Shown here in pieces: positions 1-13,426 of a DNA stretch of 64,000 nt. Under the pieces are notes generated by a model, which had not been told where the DNA came from, ran no database searches, and saw nothing but the letters and a program-made list of their open reading frames with translations. The stretch covers positions 3,286,001-3,350,000 of the forward strand of contig OX337228.1 of assembly GCA_946965045.2 (NCBI GenBank). The letters are read 5' to 3'. Position 1 is the stretch's first letter; every line of letters starts with the position of its first letter. The stretch is from Epithemia pelagica. Its lineage: Eukaryota > Protista > Bacillariophyta. A program made the translations under genes and the position numbers.

Positions 1-302
1 TCGGCAATCCGCAAAAAGAACTGAGGACTTCGGATCACTTGAAAGGCGCGCTTTACGGCAGAGGGCAAGTCGTAGGGTTTCGCATCCACCAATTTATCAA
101 TCATTTCGTCCATTAATGCCATCTCCTGTGCAGTGGGCATGCGTTGATTGCCTTCCAAACGTGACGATGAGCCCGCGAGCACAACTGAGCTCGTGGCTTC
201 ACGATGCCTTCTGTAGTTTGATGGGAAAACGGAGAAGCTTGATCCACCCCAGATGGCGACGAAAAAGGTCACCATCGTTAAAAGAAAGATAATTGTCGTC
301 AT
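1..302 (-). CDS. 5' part of a hypothetical, probably plastid-targeted protein (runs off the left edge)
   Basis: Manual translation from ATG 302: MTTIIFLLTMVTFFVAIWGGSSFSVFPSNYRRHRE...MDEMIDKLVDAKPYDLPSAVKRAFQVIRSPQFFLRIAE, open to base 1. Hydrophobic signal peptide followed by an S-F motif and an S/R-rich transit-like segment. Confidence 0.55.
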   Translation of the reverse strand, partial: MTTIIFLLTMVTFFVAIWGGSSFSVFPSNYRRHREATSSVVLAGSSSRLEGNQRMPTAQEMALMDEMIDKLVDAKPYDLPSAVKRAFQVIRSPQFFLRIA

Positions 303-744
303 TTTGCTTTGATTAGCCAGAGATCAAAAACAGTTCTAGTAATACTTTGTATTGTAAGAATGGCTCATTCATCGCATTACAATCACAAAAAACGAGAAAA
401 CGATATTCACGTCCATTCATCTCGAAGTGGAGCCGGCCTTCCAATCGAACACGTACGCGTTTCTGGTCGCACGTACGTTAGCCACCATTATTCGCAGAAG
501 AGACGCGCAATCCCAAAAGTCATCGTCCGACGACCACAGCACCGAGACCTTTTTATTCCCATTCTTACTCCGTTGTTTTTTGGACGAAGGCAATCGGCCG
601 TGTTCCTTATCGGAATCTTCTCTTTACGATTTGGTCTCACGTATTCTTGATCTGATTGAAACAATCCTGTGTTGAGGGGAACCACAAGAACTATTGATCA
701 CTCTTCCAGAATTTGTCATTGTCCATCGCAAGACTAACAACAAC

Positions 745-1951
745 ATGAGCGGGAACTTACGCGACGACGGAAATATCACTGCCGCTGGTCTCGGACAGCG
801 CTGCATACCGACAAAAGAAAAAAACCAACAGTTCAAAAAGATTCGAGCCGTTCCAGCGAACCAAGTTTGTTTCGATTGTCCTGCCTTACGACCCACATGG
901 GCCTCCGTTACGTATGGTACGTCGCAGTGTTGTCACAATATTCATGGGCATTTTCTCGAAAGAGAGGGGCCGCTCACGGTTGAAAACTCCTTGTCCTCCA
1001 TTTGTAGGTGTCCTTCTATGCTTGGATTGCTCCGCAACGCACCGATCCATGGGAGTTCATACCACTTTTGTTCGAAGTGTTGATCTGGATGAGTGGACGC
1101 AGCGACAAATTGATGCTATGCGTTTGGGTGGAAATGACAATGCCAGACAGTATTTTCGGAAACATGGCCAAACAGATATGCATGGAAAGATTGAGAAAAA
1201 GTATACCAGTAAGATTGCCAAAGCGTACAAAGCAGAGCTCCTTAGCTTGGTAAGCGGTGAAGCAAGCAAGAGAGGGGAAGCGGGCGCGACCACACAAACG
1301 ACCACAGAAGCGACACCCAATCTCTTGCTCAGCAATCTAGAAATTTCTTCTCAGGCAGAGCAAGATGCTTTGGCTCGGGAAAAGATTGCCCAGGCCCGTG
1401 CGGCACACGCCCAGCCGGTGCAAGCTTCAGCCAAAATGGCGTCACAGCTACCTGGTGCCTCGAAATTGGTCACTAGTACGATCGGAAATGGTGCCACGAA
1501 CAAATCGGGGCAGAGCACGAATGGGAATTCTGCAAGTACTACTTCTTCATCTGCGCCAATGTTGCGCAAACCAGCATCGTCAGCTGGAAGTACCAAACTC
1601 TTTTTGAAAAAGAAGCCTTCGGGCACTTTGGGATCCAGCAAACTACGAGTGAATAAACTTGTCACTCCTGCGGCCAACAATACAGTGTCTGGACTTGACG
1701 CAACCTCTGACTTTGACGATTTCGGGACCTCCGACACGCAACAACAAGAAGAAGAAGCAGCAGCAGTCGAAGAGGCAAAGAAGAAGAAAGCCCAAGAGGA
1801 AGAAGCTGCTCGGGCTGAACTTCAGCGACAACAAGAAGCAGCGGCTTCTGCAGTTTCTGCCGCTGCAGAAAAACAACCTGCTCCCTCGTCAATGGAGCAG
1901 GGCGTTGCGAAACTGAAGGCCATGAACTGTGACTTTTTCGCAAATATGTAG
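745..1951 (+). CDS. ARF GTPase-activating protein (ArfGAP2/3, Glo3-like), 2 exons (745-916, 1008-1951)
   Basis: After removing GT-AG intron 917-1007: CFDCPALRPTWASVTYG/VLLCLDCSATHRSMGVHTTFVRSVDLDEW, the CX2CX16CX2CX4R ArfGAP zinc finger. Confidence 0.92.
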
Positions 1952-2024
1952 AGTTACTTTGTTTGTACAGAATGATGTCATCCCTTCTTGAAAGTAGAGA
2001 CAATTTATCGATGTTTATTGGTCA

Positions 2025-5000
2025 CTACCAAAAAGCACACCAGCCTATGAACAGCTGGCACAGATTCTCGCTGCTTGTCGCCTGAATAATCAGTCGCTGA
2101 ACCTGGTCCTGGACAACTAGGGGGTCCTCTCCGTCCCGGCTATCAGGAAAGTCGGTACCTGTGAGCTTGTCCTGAACCCTTCGTATAACTTTCAGAGCTT
2201 TTTCATTAAGAGCACCCTCGTGGGTTGCCGCATCCTCTCCATCCAGCAAGGACATTACTTCTCTTTGAAGCATACTTCGCTCCATTCGAGAACGTGCTAG
2301 TGAACCTTCGAACGCGGACGATTCAGATCGTCCACCGGCTGTTTGTCCACCACCTGCAATACTCGATATCCGGTCATCCAGTACTACATTTGCGGCCAAA
2401 GTCTGTATGTCAGCGAAAATTTGCATCGAACGAGCACGGGAGCGCGGACCCCCGATGGCTAAACCATCATCTTGTCCTCCACCACCATCACGGCCACTCG
2501 GATCGTTTTCGTCATCCTCTTCCAGAATAGGGGGTCCAGATGGCCCTCCCATTTGACGACTTACTGGAGCCGCACTGCTACTTGGACCACCGACGCCGCT
2601 TTGACGGCTTCCTCCAGCCCCCCGACGCCGGGTACTTGAGGTACTGACAGAAAACGTATGCGAATCGTTGGCGGAGACGTCTGCTAGACGCCAACTGATT
2701 AAGGGATCGTAAACAAAAGCTTCCAGCATAGCAACAAGGGAATCCCGACTGTCACGTAGGACCGTCATGGTACGTTCACAGGTGCTCCTGTAGCTACCTT
2801 CAATTCCTGAAACTTCCATTGCTTTGATTAACATCCGCGTTAAGCGGAAAGGTACCTTTCAATGTCAAATAAATAAGAAAAGAAAATGATTCGACAAGTT
2901 CGCGTCAACACATTCTGGACGATCTCCACGTACCTTCTCGGGAAACTTATCGCGGTTCTTTGCCACCTCAAAACAGTCACCAAAATCAATGTGAAGAACT
3001 CTACCTGAAACTTCGTCCAGCAGCAAGTTTGATGGATGACGATCGCCCAAACCAAGAATGTACCCGACCATTGACATAACAGCAAGGCTCCTTGTGAATG
3101 TTGTTCGGCGCTCGAGCCATTCCTCACTGTTTGTACTTTTGAGCCAAAGAATCTCGTACAAGTCATCACCGGAGCCAATCGTGTTCTTCAGAGCTTGGGT
3201 AAAGACTTCTACCTTCTGCATCACCGTAAGTAACTCATAATCTGGAGCTATTTTCAACATTTCCCGATTCTCGGAGTTCAACGGAATCCCCTTTGATTGT
3301 CGATAGTCTCTTATGAGGCTATGAAATGTATCTGTGTGTGGAACCCAGCCGACAAGACCACAATTGTGCGAGAGGGGCGCTATCGCATATCTTTGGATAT
3401 TCAAATCATGTTTCTTTGTCTGTGGATCGCGAGCTAGCAATGCATTTACAAGTCCAAAGAGTTGCATCACTCTCTCGTCTTGCCGGAGATCTTCGTGACC
3501 TTTCAGAAGGTAAACATAATCCTTTCCGTCGCTTCCTCTGAGTGTAATTTTACGCGGTCTCTGCTTGCTCGTAATCACGTGAACTTTAGGAACAAACTTG
3601 TGAATTTTCACGTATGAGCCATCTACCCGATAGGACCCAGGTACACCCAGTTCAAGATTAGTCGCTCCACTTAGAGCCGGAGAACATTGACTCAATTCAA
3701 GTTTCGTCAACGACGGCAGTTGTTTATTTATACGTCGAAATACTGTGTAGTAGATATCCCAGGCTTTGTTGATCGCTGCAAAGAAGCCTCATTACTTGTC
3801 AGGCGACTATTCCGACAACACAAGCATTAACACACCCCGTTTTATCCTTGTCCTACGGGAGGAGCAAGCGCTTACCTGTTTCCGCTTCTTCATTCTGTCG
3901 AAGCCTGGCATGTTCGGCCGATTCGTATCGTTGGTCAGTGATTCCGGGTGCCTCGGTCAAGCGGAGATACTCTCTAATATGGAAGTGGGCCTTTGCAAGA
4001 TCTTGTCCGAATACGGACAGGAACTCGTTTTCTCTTTGAGTCTCAGCTCCTCGCTCGAGGTTGCTGTGAAGCGGTAGAAGCAGTTCCAGCATAGCTGAAA
4101 AATTGCCATCACCAAAGTACAACCGACTTGCATCTTCTAGTCCCTCGTGCCACGTTTCAAGCCAGAGTATGGCGACTCGAATTAGCTCCGCCGAAACGAG
4201 AAGAGCTTCATTGACCAATTCACTAGAATGAGCACGTAGAGAATTCATTAAACTTTGAGCGGCACTTTTTCGTTCCGCCACAGGTGACTTCAACAAGACG
4301 GACAAAGGGTAGATGAAAGCTTGTGCATGGGCTTGGCCTAGCTTTACCAAGAGAGGGTGCAAAACTGATCGAACGGCTGGTTGCTTGATGTGAATCCTCG
4401 CAAGCAGCTGCGGAAGAATACCAAGCCAAGCTTCAATAGCAATGTTGCCAATGGAAGCGTTTATGACTTTGGCAACATCTTGAACACCCGCGAATCGAAA
4501 GAGGCAGGTCAGCAGATTCAATAGGTCTTGCTGGACCGAGGCACTCCATCTTATTGTTCCAAGGCTTATTGCATTGACAAACCCTTCCACCGCTGCAACA
4601 ACGTGGTTGCGTAACGTCCTTTCTGACAAACGAGTAGGCACCGACGAGTGAAACTTCTGCGGGGAATGATCTCCTTCGCTGGATTGGAGAGCAATTCGAA
4701 AGTTAAGCAATGCCCAAGCATGCCAAGCCTTGTAGCCACAATCGTTAAGGGACGTTGCCCGCTTGTACGCAGCAAGTACTTCAATTTGGAGCTCTTCGGG
4801 AATATATGAATTGGGCGAGAGTTTGGTTGCAATCTTCCATTCACCGAGCTCTACCCAGCATCTGCTCAAGAGCTGTGTCTCTTCCAAGCTCCCACAATGT
4901 GAAACCATGTCTACCACTGAACAGAAGCGACTAAGTCGAGTCAAAGCTTCCTCTCTTCGATGTGTATACCACAGGTGTCGCACGAACGCGTCGTAAAGTT

Positions 5001-8000
5001 GATATTGTGTTGCCAATTTCACTAAACCTCCTGCATCTGCCACTATCGACTTGCTCAGATGCTCGTGCTGTGGGCCATAGTTTGAAATGGATGCTATCAA
5101 GTCACCCTGAAGGATGCGTTCGATGACCGGTGAATGAGAAGATTCACGAAGTCGCCCAAAATCTAAGCCCAAATCAATTGAGTCTGACAGACCGAAGGCC
5201 GGCCCATTGATATCCGCATTCATTGCTTGCAGCGGATCTAGAAGAACCCATTCCGCAAACTTGTGTCGTTGTGCCTGACGTGACAACTCGCTGAGTGTTA
5301 GAATGGAATCAATATCATCTTCAGGACCAAGAACAAGAGATCTAACTGAAAGTATCGCAGAATGGACCTCAGCATCTCGGCGACAACCAGCAAGCCTATC
5401 TCGCCACACAGCGAGAAGGCGTTGCCGAGCATCGAGGTGACTAGGCCGGTTTGCCGGGTGAAGATGAGATCCTTGGATTGATCGTTCTTCAACCTTCCTT
5501 AATTCTATAATTTCTTCCATTTCTGCCACACATTGAGCTGTCACCTGCATAGAAAAACCATTCGATTCAGCATCATCAAGCAAAGTGAAAGACTCTAAGC
5601 CACATACACGTACCATACTGGGATATGCTCTGTTGTACGACTCTGCAAGAAGCGCTGTTAGACGACCATCCATTGCCTTCCGAGCTGCATCAATTGCATC
5701 GGCAGCTTTGGCCCATTGTCTGCCATGAATGAACGAGACTGCACTGTAAAAAGCACCATCAAATTCAACTTGTGTCTTGGTCGTGTCAGCTACCAACATG
5801 GATGTTCCGGACAAGCCTGCCGAAATTTCGTTCCCACCTTTGACCAGTTCGCTAGCAAACCTCTCTAAATCTTCCCATTTGCCAAGTCGCCACGCGGCAT
5901 GAGCACACATCCGCATCGCTTTCCGCTGACCTCGCGGAGAAGCCCATTCATCTCCTCGTTTGTCGCCGGCTCGTCCACTGAGAGCTTCCCAGTTCTGTTC
6001 ACCCAGTTCAAGGACTTTTCGCCATTCTCCGCTCGCATCCAAGCACCGCATACAACCGAGCACGGCCTCAAAATTGTTGCTGTCTCTCTCAAGTTTTCTT
6101 TCGTAAACTGCCAAAGCCTCAGCCCAGGAACCCAGCTTCGCAAGCCAAAGTTCCTGTTTCGCTGTGATGTCCAAGCCATCACGATTTTCGTTCTTTCCCT
6201 CGACATTACACATAACACTATAACACATGTCATACGTTTGCTGTTTTGCAAACTTTGTGGATAGTTCTTCTCCAACGTAAACGTCACTGACCAATGCCTC
6301 ACCCAAACTCGAAACCTTGAGAATTCCCAGAGCAGCGTCTTGAAGATCCAGTTTACGATTTATGCTGATGAGAGATTCAGCGACGGAAGCATAAGCCTGT
6401 GCGGTGGTTTCACCAGTGGCCCCTTGTCTATATTCGCGCTCTTTATAGTGCAGTGCTTTGGCGTATGCACGGCATTTCAATGCCAAGTTGGCGAGAATTC
6501 CAATGTCAATAGGAAGTCCACCTGTCGGCTCATGTTCCATAAATTCTGCAAGATTCAAGAGAGCCTGGAGGATTTCAGGAGATACGTTTGAGACAAAGGC
6601 TGTTTCCAGCGCATGCACAAGATTGAGACGGTAGGCTTCAGCTAGATCTCCCCAACAACAACAAAACGCGGCACTAAATAACTCTCGCGAAAGAGGTTGA
6701 TAAGCCTGTGCCAAGCTAGCGCATGCCCTCAAAGCCGGCGAAGGTGCCTGCCGGAGGAGCTCTATTGCAAGTCGCCTCATCCATTCATCCCAATCATCCA
6801 TGGAGGACCGCTGGGAAACATCCCAAGCTCTTTGAAGATTTGTCTGGTTCACTCTTCGCGTGGTCGATGAATTTTGAGACAAGTGCAAAGGAGAAGTCAT
6901 ATCAACGCCGTTCTCCCGTGCCAAGTTATTTTCGCCTTCAACTGCGACCAATGACCCACTTCTGTCAGCGATATGAATAAAATTTCGTGGACCAACAGAA
7001 TTGCCAAGCTCGTCAATAACACCATCATACATATGCAATACCGACCATACGTCAATGCCCAGCGATGTCACTTGATTTTCTCGTGCGCTTGCCGCAAAAA
7101 TGGATATCCACTCCGTGACTGCTTCTCGGACGACGGAGTCATATACAGCAAGCCAGTTGCTAAGTCCGATTAATTTGATACAGACACAAAGAGTCTCAAC
7201 CATCGCTGATACCACTGAAATATCTGAAGGAGGTTTCTCCTTGAGAACGCGTATGATTGGATGAACAACTCTCGCGGGTAACCCACGTTCATATGTGTGG
7301 TCCGTCTTTGGTGACTTCAAAGGAAAGAAGGAACCAGATAGAGCATTTGTCGGAACACATAAAGATTCAAGGAGATGCGAAACTGTTCGATAGGTCAAAA
7401 CGGAAAGGTGCAATAAGTCGGACATCGATAGCCTTGAATCGTTACTTGCCAAGATCGAAGCCAACGAATCCACTAGCTTCAGGAGCGCTGGTACCAAAAT
7501 ATGAAGGTAGTCGCTCAACACGCTCCTCAATCCACCCAGGTTGGTCAAGATTAGCGATAGCTTCTCATATTGCTCTCCCTGGTTGCTGGAAGATGACTCT
7601 CCCCAGTCGGCAACCTGCAATTCGTCGAGTGTAACAAGAATCTTTTTTACGAAACGACGAACAAAATGCTTGAATTCACCCGGAACACCGACGGCAATGT
7701 TTGATATGAGGCCAAAGATTGTGGATAAGTGCTTTGAATTCCACAGATCTTCTGTTATTTCGAAGATATCCGCTACGTAAGGGCGTAGGTGTTCTCGGAC
7801 AATAAGGCTAAGTGTCGAAAGCTGCTTCAACAGGGATTCTCTCAAAGTTGACGGGCAATTTCGAAGAGTCTTCGTGATATGTGGTACCACCGTCTCCAGG
7901 TACGGAACGCATCCAAGACCGAGGGATTTAAAAATGAACATGATTGCTTGTGCCACGGTTCCGTGGTGCACCGTGAGAGAGGGATCTCGAAAAATCCGCA

Positions 8001-11000
8001 TTAAAGCTTGAATTGCAACAGTTGGATAGAATTCTTCGTCGATAGGTGTCATTTTCCGAGCAGGTCTTAAATTTGAAACAGGTTGGGCAATCATTGCGTA
8101 TTGCTCATACATAAACAAATATGCTGGTTTATCTTCTTCGGCGGCTCCTGAAATTCTAGGGTTGTCAGGTATGGCAAGTTTTCGCATGGAATTATCGTAG
8201 CCCGCCGAGGTATGTTCGGTCGCAAGATCTGTGTGATCTGTTTCTTCGAAGTACGCCCCCCCTACGGCACCACGCTTACGAGTCCTGGAAGCGATCGAGA
8301 AGTATCGATCAGGGTCAAGTGCTCCTAGAATGCCCAATGTTCGGATAACTTCTCTTCGTAGTGACCAAGGAGCTCTTTTGGTTGCGGGCAAGATATCAGT
8401 TGCTTGTGAGAGAAGTCGAGGGTATTCGAGGTATGGCATAACGTATCCAGTCGATCCAGCTATCTGGCCCAGTGTTCGTAAGCTTGTTCTTTGTTTGCTT
8501 GCAGAGCTGTTGTCCAGCATGATTTTAAGGACATGTGGAATAATTTTGTGAACCCATGGCTTCAAGGCTACTCCTGTGGCAAGAGCTAAATCTCCGAGGG
8601 CTTCAAGCGATGCAGCCGCCAAACGAGGTGGTGCTGAAGCATCTAGCGGTAACGCAGTTATCAGATGAGCCAAAACGGGGTGAACCAGTCTCTGCAAGGC
8701 TTTCGCACGGAGAAACACAACCAATAGGCGTGTTGCCTCTTCCCGTCCACGACCAGTGTCAACACCGCAGTTGAGTTCCGTGATGAGATTTTCAAGAAAG
8801 ATTCGAAGCACCGGTAGTATTATTGCGGGATTCATCGATGACAGCCTACCAAGTAGGCGCAATCCAGCTGCTCTTGTACTCAGGGACTCATCCTGCAGGA
8901 GAATGAACAATCTTGCAAGATGGTGACTCTGCGCTAGAAAGAGGTCATATCTTGAGTCGAATGCTTGAACAACACAGAGCCGAACACCACCAGTGGGATC
9001 AGATACCGCGACCTGCACCAAAGCGCCAAGAACTTCTTCGATAATCATTCCTGAGTAGCCGCCCCATATTTTTTTCGTTGGCGCTGGGATGAGGAGCATA
9101 CAGCAGGTTAAACAAGCAGCTCTACGTACTTCCGCAGAAGGATGCTTCATGTATTTCGCAACAACATCATTTAGGAAAGGAAGCAAGGGAACGACAGTTG
9201 AGCCATTGGAGACTCGGCCACCAAAAGATGCTAGAGTTCGCAAACTCAAAACAAGTCTGTGGACTGTTCCAGGGTCACTCCCCCAGTTCACTGCAACAAG
9301 TGCACGGGTAGACGAATTTCCGAGGCAAAAAGAGAAGAAATTTCGTATTCCAGCGAGACTCAGAGAAACTTCCTGAAGCATTCGGTCTTCAATGTCATTC
9401 TGCATTGTTGGTATAAACTGAGCTATCACATGGAGGCATTTGATTAGATCAACGCTGAGGCCAGCTTGAAACATTTTATCAATCAAATCTTTGAGGTACG
9501 GAATTGCAGAATCGCCCAAAGCCTCCACCAAGTTTGACGCACAGTAGAGAGCTGCGCTTACAGTTATGGAAGTGTTTCCTATTCCACTTCTTAAGATGTC
9601 AAAGATTTCTCCCAGTTTCTCATGCGTGATTCCACCTTGAGAGAGTTCAACCATTTTTCTTCCCGATTGCTCGGGGTCGTCACTGATCTTCAAAGTGGGC
9701 AAGTGTGTCCCACCAATTAGATTACCAGTTTCATCGTCGGTCATGGCTAAAACAAGCTGGCCAATAGCCTTGAATGCTGTTGGGCGAACGTCAACACCAG
9801 AGCGTGTAGTTGCGATGGTTGAGGCACTTTCGACAAGGAAAACCAACGACTTTTCAAGGAAATGCCGTCCAAAGACACGGGGGCGTCTCTGAGCAAGGCG
9901 AGGGAGTAAACGAATAACTTCCAATCGGATTAGTGCTTTTGAAGATGTACAGAAGTTCATCACTCCTTGACACAACTCATTGTATCGGGGGAGAACGAAA
10001 TCTCCAGTGTACGCAAGCATCGTTGACACTACGAGTAAGGACCCGTGCTGCGATGCCTCAGCTTCTGTCACTGCTTTCCAGCCTCGTTTTTGTGAAGAGT
10101 CTTCATTGAGACCTTCCATGAGGGCGAAATGAACTTGACACAGCAGACCCGTCAAAGACAAGTGGTGTCGATCTACTAGAATCTTCAGGCACTGAGACAA
10201 AGCATCAGCTGCACAAGCTCGAACGATAGGCTGCTTGTCACGAATAGCTTCAAAAATGTGGTCAAGAAAAGCATTCGATCCTCCTTGGCCCACCGTCTGT
10301 TGACTTGTTTTTGAATGAAAAGTCGTCGGGGCATGAATGGCAAACTCTCTAAGTGCCAGGCATGCTGCTAGTCTGAATATCCAATGAAGTTGAGCTAAAA
10401 ATCAGCTTCCTCTGCGACCAAAATTGAAGACGACATCACACATACCTGCGATCTGATCGATCCGTTCGGAGCCACTCCAATGCCCTTGTAACTTCTGACT
10501 CAACTGCATCAACGACAATGAACAAGTTAGCTCGTGAAGCACCGTGATCAAGGACGTACGCCTCGTTAAACTTACCTAAGTCAACATTAGCCGGTCGCCT
10601 GGCCATCTTACCCAAAGCCGACGTTACAGATGATAGAAATTCAAAGTCCCCTCCAGCAGTACGTAAAGCCTGCGAGAGAGTATTCGCAAACTTGATGGAC
10701 TTCTTTTCCTCGTCCACAGATGGAGCAGCAAGCAGAGCATGCACTGCTGTAAGACCAGCTAAGCGCCTTTCTTGGTCATTGCAATCATGGACCAGTCCAA
10801 AAACAGCGGTGAACACTTGCGACTCCACATAACCAAAGTCTTCCGGGGACATTTCGTGTGCCAACGTCCATAAAAGGGAAGCCAATTCATTCGCCGCTCG
10901 CTGGTTCTCACGGTCACGTTTCGATATTCTAGAAAATGAAGATAACTGCTGAACGAGAGCAGGGCCATGAGTACTGCTTTGGCTCGTAATGCCTGCCACA

Positions 11001-11686
11001 CCTGAAACTCCTGCCGAGGATGCGTGCGGATTAGAAGACTCAGGTGACCCTGCCAACCAAACACGATGGAATAAAGACTGTTGCCCAGAAACATCGCCAC
11101 TTCCATTCATATCAGTGGATTGGGGAGCAATTACTCGAAGATGAGGAGCTGTCTCCAGTAAGTTCTTGGCATGTTGTGGATCCTCTTCGTTAACGGAAGC
11201 CTCAGCAATGGTTGGAGTCCGCAGTTGAGCCGATGATTTTAACGAAGTTCGGGGAGGATAGAAGTATGGTGCAAGACCGACGGAACTGTGAGAGGGAAAA
11301 TCAACGCGAGTTTGATCAAAGAGGGATGACTCCAATCTATTAGGTCCGATATCATCAGTCGAAGGTAGTGTTGTCCCTCGCTTTGGACTAGAGCGACCGA
11401 GCCCTCTTTTTCTTGGGTTTCTTTTATTCGTTTCAATGAAGCTTATGAGGGAAGCTGTGTCAATGTGCTCATTCCGACTGAGAACCGCAATGTCGACAAA
11501 GGAATCGTGGTAGTCGTCCCATGGGTCTGATGATGTTAGTGTGGCGTCGTCAGACGATATCGTAAAACTCGATGGACTTGACCAAGCTGCAGCAATATTT
11601 TTGCGTCGAACCTCCATGCATATTGTCTTTACAGGACTCTCGTACGTATTCGACCCGCCAGCTCCGATGCTGTTTGACACTGACAT
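2025..11686 (-). CDS. TOR: Target of rapamycin (TOR) kinase, multi-exon
   Basis: Four consecutive minus-strand ORFs joined by GT-AG introns. They encode HEAT repeats, FAT, FRB ([18 protein letters not shown]...[10 protein letters not shown]), the PIKK kinase domain ([36 protein letters not shown]) and a FATC terminus ([12 protein letters not shown]). Start chosen as ATG 11686; in-frame ATG 11695 is also possible. Confidence 0.97.
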
Positions 11687-12083
11687 AAAAACCACGGAGT
11701 TGGATGAGGCAACAACAGAAAAGGGAAAGAAACATCATCACCATGTCGAAGGTTTTTACCTGCAGAATGAACAGACGTAGACATTTTATGTTAGACGTGG
11801 AGATCTGAGCAATGTTTTAGGAGATCCAATTGCATGGAGTTTCTGTATTCTAGTAAGAGTAGATGCTAAACGTCCCGATCGCCTGCGCCATGGTCGGGTT
11901 GGGAACACATGTATCTCTGATGGGCACGGTGGTTCGTGTCTCGTCCTCGGATGGGCAATATTCTGAGCTCCTGCTTTTGAGGTAGCTCTGCTAGCTACAG
12001 TCCCATCCATCTATTCCAGAGTGCTAAGGCTCCTACGAGCCAAGGTACCAATAAAACACTCTAAATTATGCTTGGTCGGCAAT

Positions 12084-13160
12084 CTATACTTCTATGTTGG
12101 TGCATTTTGCGGTCTTGTCAAATCGTCGAAGGATACCAGCAGTGACCTTACCGGGACCAAGCTCATATGCTTCCTCAAAACCACTAGAAAGCATCAAGTC
12201 CATGGTGTTTTCCCAAAGAACCGGAGAGGTCACCTGCGTTGCCAAAAGTTTCTTCATCGTCTCTGGGTCAGAATGAGGTTTAGCATCAACATTGCTGATG
12301 ACTGGTATGCGAGGTTTCTTCAATTCCACACCTGCCAGAACTTCCTCCAAGGACGCTACTGCAGGCGCCATAAAGTCAGTGTGGAAGGCCCCAGCTACCG
12401 CCAACTTGACTGTCATGCGGGCCTTGAATTCTGGCTTTGCCAGTTCTTCTACAGAGGCACATGCAACAGTCGTTCCAGATACGGCATAGTTACCATTGCA
12501 CAGGAAATTAGCGATTTGGATTTGCTCACCGCTCTTCTCAGAGGCCATTGCGCACAGCTCCGAAACTTTGCCTTTATCGAGACCAATCACAGACACCATG
12601 CCGGTATCAACAGCATCTGAAGCAGCTTGCATAGCTTCGCCGCGAATCTTCGTGATCTTGACACCGTCGGCAAAAGAAAGGGCACCCGCGAAACAGAGTG
12701 CTGAATATTCCCCAAGAGACAGACCCATTGCACATGTGGCGGCGTCAACAGCTTCTTGTCCGGATTCTTGACGAAGCTTTTCCACTGCGGCCATACTAGC
12801 CACAAAAATTGCAGGTTGCGAGATGACAGTAGAGTCCAATTTCTCTTTTGGCCCCTCCGTACATACTTGAAGAAGATCGTATCCGAGGATTTCGCTTGCT
12901 TCATCAAAAAGTTCCTTCGCTTTTGGGACTTCCTTCACAACATCACCACACATGCCCACGAATTGTGCCCCTTGTCCGGGAAACATGAAAGCAACTTTCG
13001 ATGTAAAATCATCGAAGTCGTTATCACTGGAGCTATGGAGATTGCTGATCTGAAATGCTCCTGCAGTCCATCGAGAAGTGATTGATCGATGCGTCGTTGG
13101 TACAAACGCAAACGCTACTCTGAACAACGCAAAAGAAGCAAAAACTGCAGAACGAGTCAT
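12084..13160 (-). CDS. fabD: Malonyl-CoA:ACP transacylase, plastid-targeted
   Basis: FMFPGQGAQ, GLSLGEYSAL (GxSxG nucleophile), VAGAFHT and QVTSPVLW motifs; bipartite presequence MTRSAVFASFALFRVAFA|FVP. Confidence 0.95.
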   Translation of the reverse strand: MTRSAVFASFALFRVAFAFVPTTHRSITSRWTAGAFQISNLHSSSDNDFDDFTSKVAFMFPGQGAQFVGMCGDVVKEVPKAKELFDEASEILGYDLLQVCTEGPKEKLDSTVISQPAIFVASMAAVEKLRQESGQEAVDAATCAMGLSLGEYSALCFAGALSFADGVKITKIRGEAMQAASDAVDTGMVSVIGLDKGKVSELCAMASEKSGEQIQIANFLCNGNYAVSGTTVACASVEELAKPEFKARMTVKLAVAGAFHTDFMAPAVASLEEVLAGVELKKPRIPVISNVDAKPHSDPETMKKLLATQVTSPVLWENTMDLMLSSGFEEAYELGPGKVTAGILRRFDKTAKCTNIEV

Positions 13161-13426
13161 GATTTCCTTCGGTAAGTTGCTTCAGAAATATGTTTCGGTA
13201 TCCCCTTCGTTAAAAATTGTGTGTTACGGTGAACGATCAACCCGGATCTCCGATATGAAATAGATGTATCTTCGCCGTCGACATGCACAACATCGATCAT
13301 CTACGATGCGATGTACGTCACAGCAATCCTGTCCAGTGATATCAGACGTCATCTTCTATCCGCTATGTACTGGTCAGAAGATTTTGTGGATCTACGTCTA
13401 TCCTACGTAGCCCAGTACCAGAAGCC

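Noticed and set aside
309-685. Short ORFs between the left-edge gene and ArfGAP
   Set aside because: They lie in the roughly 440-bp divergent promoter region and have no recognisable coding signal.
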